IMG/VR virus record: IMGVR_UViG_3300026097_000980
Span: 32,001-96,000 of that record
DNA: 64,000 bases
DNA from: a virus
Reading direction: 5' to 3' (one strand)
Part shown: positions 38,989-48,090 of the stretch, piece by piece
How the letters are laid out: every line of letters starts with the position of its first letter
Position numbering within the stretch: the first letter of the stretch is position 1
Notes under the pieces: model-generated
Seen by the model: the letters and a program-made list of their open reading frames with translations, nothing else
Told to the model about the DNA's origin: nothing
Database searches by the model: none
Made by a program: the position numbers and the translations under genes

Positions 38989-39558
38989 TTAGTGTAAATC
39001 TATCCAGGATCCGTTAGCATAACCTTGGAACTTATCTATATCTTCGTTATAGATGATCATTCCGTTTTTAGGCTCAATTTTATTTATAGTTTCGTTGTTT
39101 TGTTTTACACACTGAAATATTTTAGATTGTAGAGCACCGTCTTTGTTAAACCGCCAGACTCGGTAATCATTAGCATATTCGCCTTCTCCGTCGCCGGCAT
39201 TGACAAGGATATTCAGATTACTTGCCGGTGCCGGATGATTTATGTTTGCAGATTCATCTACTTGCGGAACTAACGTTGCTATACTTTTAGCAATATCTCC
39301 ATCATCTTGTTCAAAAAAAGTAGTGAAGCTCATATTCATTCCGTAATCGCCCGGGCGAAGAACTTTAGGATCTTCTGTAGAACCTCTTACTGTGTGTATA
39401 TCTAATTTTGGTTTACTGCCACCGTTGTAAACACCTGTAAATCTTGCAACAACATTGCCGTTGGTTTGTATCTTTATTGCACCTTTCTTATCTACAATAA
39501 CTCTATGTCCAACATCATCAAATGATGATATTAAAATATTTTCTCCATTATCCTTCAT
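38989..39558 (-). CDS. Stand-alone paralog of the tail-fibre C-terminal domain
   Basis: Aligns by eye with the last ~170 aa of 41640-42977. Confidence 0.8.
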   Translation of the reverse strand: MKDNGENILISSFDDVGHRVIVDKKGAIKIQTNGNVVARFTGVYNGGSKPKLDIHTVRGSTEDPKVLRPGDYGMNMSFTTFFEQDDGDIAKSIATLVPQVDESANINHPAPASNLNILVNAGDGEGEYANDYRVWRFNKDGALQSKIFQCVKQNNETINKIEPKNGMIIYNEDIDKFQGYANGSWIDLH

Positions 39559-40208
39559 GTTAGCACCTCAGAGTTATGATAAGAGCCGGAAATATTTTGA
39601 TTCTCACATGCGGCATTTAATTTTTCCTTCCATTCGTTAGTTGAATCGAATCGGTGAATTATTAAATGATAACGATCCTCGTTGCTATTGTTATAAACAG
39701 AATGTGGATAATGTATGTTCATGACATAGGTATTTCCAGGCTTCATATACAAAGATTCGCCGTCTCCCCACTTCCAAAGACATGTTTCGGGATTGCTTAA
39801 ACTAATATTTGTATTATCAAGCAATGGAACACTCGAATCAGTATGTTCGGAAATATAGCCTCCTGCTTCTAAAAGCATAAATCTAACTCTTCCTAGTAAG
39901 TTACTAGGAAAATAATTTTTAACAAAATCAACAGTTTTAGGACAATATTTAGATAATTCAGTCCAGTGCATATCATTTATTACTTCGTCAATACTGTTAT
40001 AACCATAGTCTTTCCAATGACCCGACTGCTGGTGCCGCCACCCGTGAAGAACTAAACTTCGCCATCCTTTATGATCATAACTTCCCGGACGGTGCGTCAC
40101 GAAATGTGTTTTCAATGCTTTTGCTTCTTCTAACATGCTAATGTGGTCTACATCGATATCTAGAATAACATGTTTTGCATTTGAAACAAAATAATCTTTA
40201 CTAATCAT
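39555..40208 (-). CDS. Asp/Asn beta-hydroxylase-like oxygenase
   Basis: RVRFMLL, EHTD, HSVYNNSNEDRYHLIIH. Confidence 0.85.
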   Translation of the reverse strand: MISKDYFVSNAKHVILDIDVDHISMLEEAKALKTHFVTHRPGSYDHKGWRSLVLHGWRHQQSGHWKDYGYNSIDEVINDMHWTELSKYCPKTVDFVKNYFPSNLLGRVRFMLLEAGGYISEHTDSSVPLLDNTNISLSNPETCLWKWGDGESLYMKPGNTYVMNIHYPHSVYNNSNEDRYHLIIHRFDSTNEWKEKLNAACENQNISGSYHNSEVLT

Positions 40209-40247
40209 TATGCCTTATCCTTGAACTATATTTAATTAAATAAATTC

Positions 40248-41648
40248 ATGCTACAAAAAATACCAACCTCTCAACTAAAAAAACCTATTCTAATTTGTAT
40301 ACATGATATTTTAGACACCTGTTCATCTGATTGGTCGAAAGAGATTGCAAAAAATTTATCAGATTATATGATAAATCGATTTCTAAATAACGGCTATGAT
40401 GTGTGTATAGGAACAGACGAAAACGAGTTATTAGCACAACCAACCGATCAGTATACTCATGCAGTAGTCATTGCTTCGGGAACAAGTCCTAAGCTGTCTG
40501 ACAGAATAATTTATGCTATCGAAGACAAATGCAAAGAAGACTTTTATATCGCAGGACATGTTTTAGACAGAAAAGAAAAATATTTTGAATTACATCATCA
40601 GTTTTATATTATCAACTTGTCGACACACAAGGATCTTGGGTTTCCTTCTTTGGGTGAAGAATCGGAAGTAGAACATGTAAGAATTCAACCTATTTCGAAT
40701 AGTGAAGATGAATATATATCGCAAGAATTATGTTTGGGAGATTCAAACACCTTATATAAAGGAACCATGCATGGTTGGAATATTTTAAACACTGCTCTTA
40801 TAAACAATAAAAAAGTAATAGACCTCGGTAGTGATATTAGAAATAACAAACGATATTTTTATTATGAATACGATCATGTATTTTTGAGAGAATCTACCGA
40901 ACTGTTTTACAATCAATTTCTTTTTAATAACATAGTAGTTCCGTTTAACAGTGACGAATTGAGAAACAATATAGATAAAGACGGTCCTATAGAACAATAT
41001 ATTACGTTAGGCACCGGAATTAACTGGGTAGAAAATTTACATCTAATCGGTTTCAGTGAAAGAACAGAAGTGTTTTTTACCGACATAAATCCATTAGTGT
41101 TACAGTTTATGCAACGAATGGTCAACGACTGGGACGGAAAAGATTATGTTGATTTTTATCTCGAACAAGATTTTTTACTGCCAAATCACATCACTTATGA
41201 TTACGATAATTTTATTGCACAAGCAAGGACCCAATGGAACAATTTCCTCAATAAAGTGGATAACTGGCAAGAAAAATGGAACGCTGTAAAAAAATTAAAG
41301 TTTCATTTTATCTCGATAGATTATATGAGTGATTACAATCTAGACTGGTTCGAAAATGATAAAAACACTGTTTTTAACGCAAGCGATATGTTCGATCACA
41401 TACCAGGAGTGTTCCAGCAAAGTATGAAGTATAGAATAGCGGCTGAAAATCGATTCCTAAACAAATTAAAGGAAAAAGACTCGAATATTTTCTTGTTATG
41501 GAGCAGTCGATCAGCAGGTGCATTTATACCTAAGACATGTCGTTCGTCTTCTGGTGTAGTTTCTAAGATAGATTTGATTGATATAAACGAACTAATTCGT
41601 CCTTATTGGCATAAGGACGATTGGAATGTTCTTAGACCTTTAGTGTAA
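40248..41648 (+). CDS. Hypothetical protein
   Basis: 466-aa ORF; IAGHVLD...ELHHQFY motif, function unknown. Confidence 0.75.
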   Translation: MLQKIPTSQLKKPILICIHDILDTCSSDWSKEIAKNLSDYMINRFLNNGYDVCIGTDENELLAQPTDQYTHAVVIASGTSPKLSDRIIYAIEDKCKEDFYIAGHVLDRKEKYFELHHQFYIINLSTHKDLGFPSLGEESEVEHVRIQPISNSEDEYISQELCLGDSNTLYKGTMHGWNILNTALINNKKVIDLGSDIRNNKRYFYYEYDHVFLRESTELFYNQFLFNNIVVPFNSDELRNNIDKDGPIEQYITLGTGINWVENLHLIGFSERTEVFFTDINPLVLQFMQRMVNDWDGKDYVDFYLEQDFLLPNHITYDYDNFIAQARTQWNNFLNKVDNWQEKWNAVKKLKFHFISIDYMSDYNLDWFENDKNTVFNASDMFDHIPGVFQQSMKYRIAAENRFLNKLKEKDSNIFLLWSSRSAGAFIPKTCRSSSGVVSKIDLIDINELIRPYWHKDDWNVLRPLV

Positions 41649-42977
41649 ATTTATCCAGCCAGGAGTGCCGTTAGATACTCCGCCACCAGCAAGACCTGTA
41701 TCATCTACATATCCCTGATATTTTTGTGTATCTGAATTAAATATTACCATTCCTGCAAGAGGAGTAATACTGGAAATTTTTGATGCGTCTTGCTCTGCAT
41801 ATTTTACAATTTTAGATTCAAAAGCACCGGTATAGTACATGGTAAACTGATGGTAATCGTTTGCTACGTCGCCTTCACCGTCGCCTGCACTAATTGAGAA
41901 AGCTAAATTAGATGCCGGTGCATTATCCGATGCTGTTGCAGAAGAGTCCATCTGACTTAGAAGACTTGCCAAACTCTTTCCGATATCATCTCCAGCACTA
42001 TCGAAATAAGTAGAAAATACAAGTTGGCTGGTCACGTCGCCCGGGCTTACTGTTGCAGGACTTTCAAATGATCCGCTTACAACATGTAATTGTATTTTCG
42101 GAATTGACCCACCGGATTTAAGTCCGTTTATACGTAAAACCTGTTCTCCTTCCGATCTAATAAAGGTACCTTGTGTTGTATCAACAAATACTTTACCCAA
42201 CCCACCGGCGTCTTGAATGCTTGAAGTTACAAGACTTCCTGTCAACGTGCCGTCTATTGCATCAACTATGGGTGTGCTATCGTCGCGGAATACAGAACCA
42301 ATTACATCACCATTTAGTGTACCATTAAATGTTGCTGTAGCAGAGTCCACAACTAAAGTGCTATCGTCACCGACGATATTAATATTAAAGTTAGTCCCGT
42401 TAACAATTTCTGCTCCGGTGCCAATTGTTGAGCCGCCTATTGTGGATCCTGCTGGCAAGTTCACAGCAGTACCTGTCGATGTTATCGTTGCATCACCTAA
42501 AAATAGACTAGATCCGCTTAGATACAAGTCTCTAAATTTATTGCCAGATGTACCTAGATCATACACGCTGTCTGCGGCTGGCACAATGTGTGATCTAATT
42601 GTGCCGTTCAAGTTAAACGAACCTAAAACACCATCTACCAAGATCTGCGAGTCGTCTGCAAATACTGAACCTTTAAAGCCGTCTGCACCTATTACACCTT
42701 GATAATTAGAAAGATCTTGACTTACTGTGGCAACAACTTTGTTTAGAACATCGTCGTAAGCAAAACTAACACCTTCGTGATCGCTATGAGATGTGAATAA
42801 ATCCGCAGAAGCATCTTGTGCTTCTTCAGCGGTAAAATTGGCAGCCGCAATTCCTCCTGCGGTTGATCCGTTACCTATAAAAAGTTGTTCTAATTGAGTA
42901 TCCCAAATCAGTTCACCTTCGACGGGTGTGATTGCATTTCTGTCTGCGGTAGGACCTCTTCTAATTTGTAAAGGCAT
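41640..42977 (-). CDS. Tail fibre / receptor-binding protein with Mtd_N-like anchor
   Basis: LQIRRG...EGELIWDT...LFIGNG anchor, repeated GSVFxDDS units, YDLG motif; ATAAATA upstream. Confidence 0.85.
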   Translation of the reverse strand: MPLQIRRGPTADRNAITPVEGELIWDTQLEQLFIGNGSTAGGIAAANFTAEEAQDASADLFTSHSDHEGVSFAYDDVLNKVVATVSQDLSNYQGVIGADGFKGSVFADDSQILVDGVLGSFNLNGTIRSHIVPAADSVYDLGTSGNKFRDLYLSGSSLFLGDATITSTGTAVNLPAGSTIGGSTIGTGAEIVNGTNFNINIVGDDSTLVVDSATATFNGTLNGDVIGSVFRDDSTPIVDAIDGTLTGSLVTSSIQDAGGLGKVFVDTTQGTFIRSEGEQVLRINGLKSGGSIPKIQLHVVSGSFESPATVSPGDVTSQLVFSTYFDSAGDDIGKSLASLLSQMDSSATASDNAPASNLAFSISAGDGEGDVANDYHQFTMYYTGAFESKIVKYAEQDASKISSITPLAGMVIFNSDTQKYQGYVDDTGLAGGGVSNGTPGWINLH

Positions 42978-43016
42978 ATCGTAATGACTCCAGATAAGAT
43001 TGTTACAGAGTATTTA

Positions 43017-43580
43017 TCATATATACTCTATATCTGCCGCGATTACAAATCGATTTTCTGAGCTGGTATAAATGCCCGGTCTGTGCCAAACACTGCTTGG
43101 ATATATCAACCAGGTATGCGGCTGAGGTTTAACATACACAGTATTTTCAAATTTCTCGCCATCGAGACTCATCTCGGTGCCCGACAAATCATAATCCGTA
43201 ACATCGTCTGGTATGTGAGCATAATATATTCCAGACAGCATGGGAGTGGTTTTATGCTGATGGTGATGCCATAGATTGTTGCGATCTTCTGCGGTTTCTT
43301 TATTGGTCATAAAGCTCCAAGCCATCAAGTTAGATATCTTTGCTTCTCTGCCTAAATACATAAAGACCGCAAACATAAAACTCATTCGGTATTTCAACCA
43401 CACAGGCTCCGACCGTGCAAAAATATTTTCTTCGGTTTGAAACCTTGGGGAATTTTTAAAATAACCGCCAGCGTCTATTATGTTCTTAACAATTTCGCAT
43501 GCTGTTTGATCGTCCTGTTCAGTAATGACCGAACTGAAGTCGAATTTTCTAAAAAGATCGTCCTGTTCTATAATATTCAT
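43017..43580 (-). CDS. 2OG-Fe(II) oxygenase
   Basis: WHHH, SGIYY, YPSSVWH, RFVIA. Confidence 0.75.
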   Translation of the reverse strand: MNIIEQDDLFRKFDFSSVITEQDDQTACEIVKNIIDAGGYFKNSPRFQTEENIFARSEPVWLKYRMSFMFAVFMYLGREAKISNLMAWSFMTNKETAEDRNNLWHHHQHKTTPMLSGIYYAHIPDDVTDYDLSGTEMSLDGEKFENTVYVKPQPHTWLIYPSSVWHRPGIYTSSENRFVIAADIEYI

Positions 43581-44198
43581 TTACATCCTAAAATATTCAA
43601 AATAGTCCTTGACCAATGCTTTTTCTCTGTCTCTATTTTCGTAAATCCAGTGCTTGGTCAATCTATGCGGAGTTCTCGGTGTGTAAGTAAATTTTCCGAA
43701 AAACCCTGTATCATACGGTTCGCCATACCACTCCGGATTGTGTTTTACAATACAGGCTATAGGAGCCATAGCTCCGAATGTATAATGTACAGAACTGAGC
43801 ATTGCAAAATCACAAATAAATCCATCAGCAACCACAACCATATGCGTATCAATGGTACCTTGTTCTACCCAGCTGTTGTATTGACCAATTTCAGCATACC
43901 AATTTTTCTCTGGCTTTTCGTACAGCAACGTAACCTGTTTACAGTGTGCTTCAACACCATGCAGTCTCAGCACACGCCTTAACATATTGCTCATTAATAT
44001 ACATTGATTTCCGTACTCGTGTACCCATCCTATCCTATAAAACCGAGTATAGGTTTCTAATATTTTAGGAGGAAGGCTATTTAGATCTGTAGTTGCTAAA
44101 GAATAGTCTTCCGGAGCAACCTTAAAGTTCGGCGACCAATCATACCTTTTATGGCCGTCTCCGGTTTTGTCTTTCCAATTATCGAAAAAATTTGTCAT
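43581..44198 (-). CDS. Hypothetical protein (possible Cys-His-Asp triad)
   Basis: QCILMS...HMVV...CDF spacing suggests a transglutaminase-like fold; weak. Confidence 0.6.
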   Translation of the reverse strand: MTNFFDNWKDKTGDGHKRYDWSPNFKVAPEDYSLATTDLNSLPPKILETYTRFYRIGWVHEYGNQCILMSNMLRRVLRLHGVEAHCKQVTLLYEKPEKNWYAEIGQYNSWVEQGTIDTHMVVVADGFICDFAMLSSVHYTFGAMAPIACIVKHNPEWYGEPYDTGFFGKFTYTPRTPHRLTKHWIYENRDREKALVKDYFEYFRM

Positions 44199-44647
44199 TC
44201 AAAAATTCCTATTTTTTGTAAATGTTCAACTGTCTGGTCGGATAGTTCGATTTCAAATTGGATTTTTTTGTTAAGTTTATCTTCTTCTAGATCAAATATC
44301 TGTTTTCTTAAATTAATTATTTCTTTTTTTGCTTGATCGATATCGTCTTGACTTAAAAATACGTATTCGTTGTTGTTAACGATATCGAGAAGTTCGCTGA
44401 TGCGATTATGAGCCATGTTAATTTTTTGTTGATTTAGGTCAATTCCTGAATGAATATTCGCCGCATTTAACAAAGTTTTAACATTATAAAAACACAGGGT
44501 CATGAATTGTTTTTCAGAATCATAAACTGACCAATTTTGTCGCAGATCATCGCTAGACTCGGATGAGTCATAATTAAAACAAAAGAGATTTATCTTTTCT
44601 CTTAATAATTCTAAAAGATTCTCCGCACGATAAATGCTCAGTTTCAT
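44195..44647 (-). CDS. Hypothetical coiled-coil protein
   Basis: ATGA overlaps at both ends. Confidence 0.6.
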   Translation of the reverse strand: MKLSIYRAENLLELLREKINLFCFNYDSSESSDDLRQNWSVYDSEKQFMTLCFYNVKTLLNAANIHSGIDLNQQKINMAHNRISELLDIVNNNEYVFLSQDDIDQAKKEIINLRKQIFDLEEDKLNKKIQFEIELSDQTVEHLQKIGIFE

Positions 44648-44868
44648 AGTTCGAAATCGAAATTTTCTAAATGTCGATTATCGAATTCTTTTCTTGTGTA
44701 TAACCCTCGTTCAATCTCTTTTAACGCAGTTACAGGTGCAGAATGTTCTTCTTCAATTCTTGGTTCGCTGCCATTTTGAATTTCTCTGGCACGATGTGCC
44801 GCCATCAAAATTAAATCATGTTGTCCGCCAGCGTTAATTACGCATTTGTCTCTATCAATATGTGCCAT
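44644..44868 (-). CDS. rpoZ: RNA polymerase omega subunit homolog
   Basis: DLILMAAHRAREIQNG...PVTALKEIERG matches the omega consensus; GAGG SD. Confidence 0.85.
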   Translation of the reverse strand: MAHIDRDKCVINAGGQHDLILMAAHRAREIQNGSEPRIEEEHSAPVTALKEIERGLYTRKEFDNRHLENFDFEL

Positions 44869-44875
44869 TTTTTCC

Positions 44876-45502
44876 TCACTTTAATTCTAATCTGCACGTA
44901 CCGTCTCCGATAGTGCCTCTTACCCAAACGTTAAATGCTATGCTGTATCTATCAATAGAACTTCGATTCGGATTTACTCGATGTTCTACATGCCATGGAA
45001 ACAAAAATACGTCTCCTTCTGAAGGAACAAAAGCATATTCTTCAGTGTTAAAACAATTCTGTTCGTGGTCCTCCTTAAAATCAAATCTTATCATTTCTCC
45101 GAAAAGACTTACATGATTATGTGCTTGTTTAAAAACAATTTCTCCACTGTTTTCTGCAACCGTCATATAGTAAACACCAGAAATAGCACAATTACTGTGC
45201 CAGTGTTGTGTGTTGTATTGACCTTTTGTGTGCCGATTAGCCCAACTGTTTAAAATATAAAATTCTACGTCTTTGCTAATACCCAAAATTTCATGTGCGA
45301 AATTGTTTATTTCATCTAAAATTTTAGATTTAAGATTAGCTAATTCAGGACGATCTAGTAAATACTTGTCATCGGTGTCTGCATGTCCTACAGCGTTTTG
45401 ATCGTAAGTGCATTTCCTTACTAGGTCTTTTTTAATTTGATTTAATCCTCCGATATTAGCATGATACAACGGAGTTGCAAACATCGGATGAACGGTTGCC
45501 AT
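44876..45502 (-). CDS. 2OG-Fe(II) oxygenase (TIGR02466-type)
   Basis: SWAN, HWHSN, ISGVYY, LFPWHVEH, RYSIAFN. Confidence 0.88.
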   Translation of the reverse strand: MATVHPMFATPLYHANIGGLNQIKKDLVRKCTYDQNAVGHADTDDKYLLDRPELANLKSKILDEINNFAHEILGISKDVEFYILNSWANRHTKGQYNTQHWHSNCAISGVYYMTVAENSGEIVFKQAHNHVSLFGEMIRFDFKEDHEQNCFNTEEYAFVPSEGDVFLFPWHVEHRVNPNRSSIDRYSIAFNVWVRGTIGDGTCRLELK

Positions 45503-45645
45503 TACTTGCCTTGTCCTCTATATCTTTTCTTTACAGCATTTTTGCCTTTATATCTACTGAAAGAAGAGTTTCCTATTGATGTTCTTTTTTTGGTTCTGCG
45601 TTCTTTGATAGAATCGCTGAGAGTTGCTTTTTTGCCTGCGGCCAA
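45502..45645 (-). CDS. 47-aa basic protein ending KRYRGQGK
   Basis: TTG start with AGGAG SD; manual translation MAAGKKATLSDSIKERRTKKRTSIGNSSFSRYKGKNAVRKRYRGQGK. Confidence 0.7.
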   Translation of the reverse strand: MAAGKKATLSDSIKERRTKKRTSIGNSSFSRYKGKNAVKKRYRGQGK

Positions 45646-45647
45646 TG

Positions 45648-46085
45648 TTATCTCCTATTAAACTTAATTGTGTATTCTCTACCACCGTCCCAAAATGTAA
45701 TGGTGCTGTGACTGTATACTTCTACACGCTCTTCGTCGTAGCGTGTTTCAGTTTGGCATTGTGTTTGTGTACCACCTACGGCATCTGAATTTTGATTGCC
45801 GATAATGCCACCTAATACTCCGCCAATCTTTGCGCCGTCATCGTGATCGATTTGGTGTCCTACAACACCGCCGATAATAGTGCCAACAATAGTATCAGCT
45901 GTGCGATCTCCAGGAACTTGCACCTGTTTGCACACTTCCACTGTGTAAGGACGTTGTTTGATAACAGTCTTGTAGTGATCGTTGGTCACACCCATAACAT
46001 TATTTTGTGCAAATGCAATACTCGATAATAAACTTGCACCAAATGCTATCACCACTGTGTGAAAATATAATTCTTTAAACTTCAT
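45648..46085 (-). CDS. Glycine-zipper 2TM envelope protein
   Basis: Signal peptide; GTIIGGVVG...GGVLGGIIG. Confidence 0.8.
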   Translation of the reverse strand: MKFKELYFHTVVIAFGASLLSSIAFAQNNVMGVTNDHYKTVIKQRPYTVEVCKQVQVPGDRTADTIVGTIIGGVVGHQIDHDDGAKIGGVLGGIIGNQNSDAVGGTQTQCQTETRYDEERVEVYSHSTITFWDGGREYTIKFNRR

Positions 46086-46102
46086 TTTCTTTTCCTATAA
46101 AT

Positions 46103-46193
46103 TGGCAGAGATGGAGGGATTCGAACCCTCGGAACGCTATTAACGTTCACTCCCTTAGCAGGGGAGCGCCTTCAGCCACTCAGCCACATCTCT
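46103..46193 (-). tRNA. tRNA-Ser(GCT)
   Basis: Cloverleaf, CTCCC-CTGCTAA-GGGAG, long variable arm, GCCA end; own TTGACT/TATAAT promoter. Confidence 0.95.
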
Positions 46194-46233
46194 AATTTAT
46201 TTTATTATACACTAATTATTAAAAAAGTCAATA

Positions 46234-46941
46234 TCAAGTAGCACGACTGACCAACATATCACGAATATGTCCAATCGCCTTTGTGGGATTGAGTCCTTTA
46301 GGACACACACTCACACAGTTCATGATTCCTCTGCAACGGAACACTGAGAACGGATCATCCAGTTCGCTCAGTCGTTCTTCTGTGGCTGTGTCTCTGCTAT
46401 CAGCAAGATAGCGATATTGTGCTAACAGTGCTTGCGGTCCTAGGAACTTGTCTGGATTCCACCAAAAACTAGGACAACTTGTTGAACAACAAGCACACAT
46501 GATACACTCGTACAGTCCATCTAGCTTTGCTCGTTCTTCTGGAGATTGTAGTCGTTCTTGATTGGGTGTAGGCTCGTCGTTTTGTAGATAAGGTTTTACT
46601 TTTTGATACTGCTTATAGAACTGTGTCATATCAACCACTAGATCGCGAATAACAGGCAACCCAGGCAGTGGACGAATAACCAATCTACCTTTGCGATCTA
46701 CAACTTCACTCACAGGAGTAATACAGGCAAGTCCATTCTTGCCGTTCATATTAACACCGTCACTGCCACAAACACCTTCGCGGCAACTTCTACGATATGT
46801 AAAACTTTGATCCCGTTCTTTGATCATACCCATAACATCAAGCACCATGAGATCCTTGCCTTCAGGTAGATCAAACTCTACCTCTTGCATCCAAGGTACG
46901 TCGTCTGTTTCTGGATTATAACGATATAAACTTACTTTCAT
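46234..46941 (-). CDS. sdhB: Succinate dehydrogenase Fe-S subunit
   Basis: RRSCREGVCGSDG, ECIMCACCSTSCPS, RCRGIMNCVSVCPKGLNP. Confidence 0.97.
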   Translation of the reverse strand: MKVSLYRYNPETDDVPWMQEVEFDLPEGKDLMVLDVMGMIKERDQSFTYRRSCREGVCGSDGVNMNGKNGLACITPVSEVVDRKGRLVIRPLPGLPVIRDLVVDMTQFYKQYQKVKPYLQNDEPTPNQERLQSPEERAKLDGLYECIMCACCSTSCPSFWWNPDKFLGPQALLAQYRYLADSRDTATEERLSELDDPFSVFRCRGIMNCVSVCPKGLNPTKAIGHIRDMLVSRAT

Positions 46942-47102
46942 TTTAATCTACATCCTAACTTCCAAGTAGGCTGAATATCATTGTTTTCTTCAACCCAAGT
47001 TTTTGCCCATTTGCATTGCTCTTTATCTTTGTATACAAAGAGTTGTTCCTCGCCGTAATAGGGAGGAACCAGAGTAAGCCAAGAAACAAATAATACATAC
47101 AT
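46938..47102 (-). CDS. Small hypothetical protein
   Basis: ATGA overlap with sdhB; TAAATA just upstream. Confidence 0.55.
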   Translation of the reverse strand: MYVLFVSWLTLVPPYYGEEQLFVYKDKEQCKWAKTWVEENNDIQPTWKLGCRLK

Positions 47103-47110
47103 GTAAATAT

Positions 47111-47269
47111 TTACCAAAAGCCCAATACTCGACTGTTGCCTGTAATAATAGCAAGACAGGTGACGATATGTAATAGCACCCAACCTGTTCTTATAATAGC
47201 GACACGGTCTGCTTTATGATCTTCATCATAAGCCTTTTGACCTATGGCTTTGCACCAATATTCCCACAT
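47111..47269 (-). CDS. 52-aa membrane protein
   Basis: Manual translation MWEYWCKAIGQKA...ADRVAIIRT... Confidence 0.6.
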   Translation of the reverse strand: MWEYWCKAIGQKAYDEDHKADRVAIIRTGWVLLHIVTCLAIITGNSRVLGFW

Positions 47270-47275
47270 CGAATA

Positions 47276-47356
47276 TTAGTCTTGTCTACCAGTGTCTGCA
47301 ATAGCCATGACCAAAAAAACAGCAACCCATAGGCAAAATAGAGTAAACGGATCCAT
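47276..47356 (-). CDS. 26-aa single-TM peptide
   Basis: MDPFTLFCLWVAVFLVMAIADTGRQD; start coupled to the cytochrome stop. Confidence 0.4.
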   Translation of the reverse strand: MDPFTLFCLWVAVFLVMAIADTGRQD

Positions 47357-47775
47357 TATAATGTCTCCACATAGTTGCCAATGTCACGCATGTCTTGTTC
47401 AGTCATCCAACTGGCTTGACCCCACATCATTGCACTTTGCTGTCCGATGGTCTCGCCATTCTTGTATTTGGTAAGTTTTTCAACAATCTGATCACTGGTC
47501 TGACCTGCAAGTGTTGGACCAACGCCACCTTCACCTGCTTGACCGTGACAGGCGGCACACTGAACATAGTGTTTTGCACCCACAGCCACAGCAGGATCAA
47601 CTGCCGCTACTTTTACTGGCTCACCACTCTTCCAGGTTACTCCACAAAAGTAATCACCACGAGGACATTGTCCGTTATTAAATCCAATGTTACGATTCTC
47701 ACCGCCGCCCAAAAATGCAAACACACTTGCGGTTGCAACAAACATTAACACCATTCCGATTACTGCTTCTTTCAT
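47356..47775 (-). CDS. Membrane-anchored class I cytochrome c (c553/c4-like)
   Basis: N-terminal TM/signal, CAACHG heme motif, GPTLAGQ, distal Met in SAMM. Confidence 0.92.
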   Translation of the reverse strand: MKEAVIGMVLMFVATASVFAFLGGGENRNIGFNNGQCPRGDYFCGVTWKSGEPVKVAAVDPAVAVGAKHYVQCAACHGQAGEGGVGPTLAGQTSDQIVEKLTKYKNGETIGQQSAMMWGQASWMTEQDMRDIGNYVETL

Positions 47776-47927
47776 ATTCCTGCGTCCTTTTTATATACTT
47801 CTGCTTTTTCCATCAAGAAACTATACTGCTTGATGTCACCATTACGCTGTGCCTTTTGAGCGAGCTCTAGTGTTTCAAGATACTGCTTCTTGGCTTTTTC
47901 TTTAGGCGATTTAAATAGTCCGAACAT
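47772..47927 (-). CDS. 51-aa protein (DUF6435-like)
   Basis: Manual translation MFGLFKSPKEK...AQRNGDIKQYS. Confidence 0.6.
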   Translation of the reverse strand: MFGLFKSPKEKAKKQYLETLELAQKAQRNGDIKQYSFLMEKAEVYKKDAGI

Positions 47928-48090
47928 TATTTGTCCTTTCCTTTTTTATCTTCTATGTCAGAATATCCTGTGTCCCAATCCCAGTGACGTTTTGAGTCAA
48001 CTATATGCGGATGCTGAACACGGCGTTTACGATCTCGCAGTTTTTCTTCATCTGTTTTGAATAGGTCTGCGAGTAGATTGCGAAACTTGC

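Noticed and set aside
16677-41648. Classical RiPP cluster
   Set aside because: No precursor peptide, RRE/PqqD, protease or exporter recognised; intergenic gaps are very small
41640-42977. Diversity-generating retroelement suggested by the Mtd_N-like anchor and duplicated tip
   Set aside because: No reverse transcriptase in the window, and the duplicate is diverged throughout rather than a near-identical repeat differing at adenines
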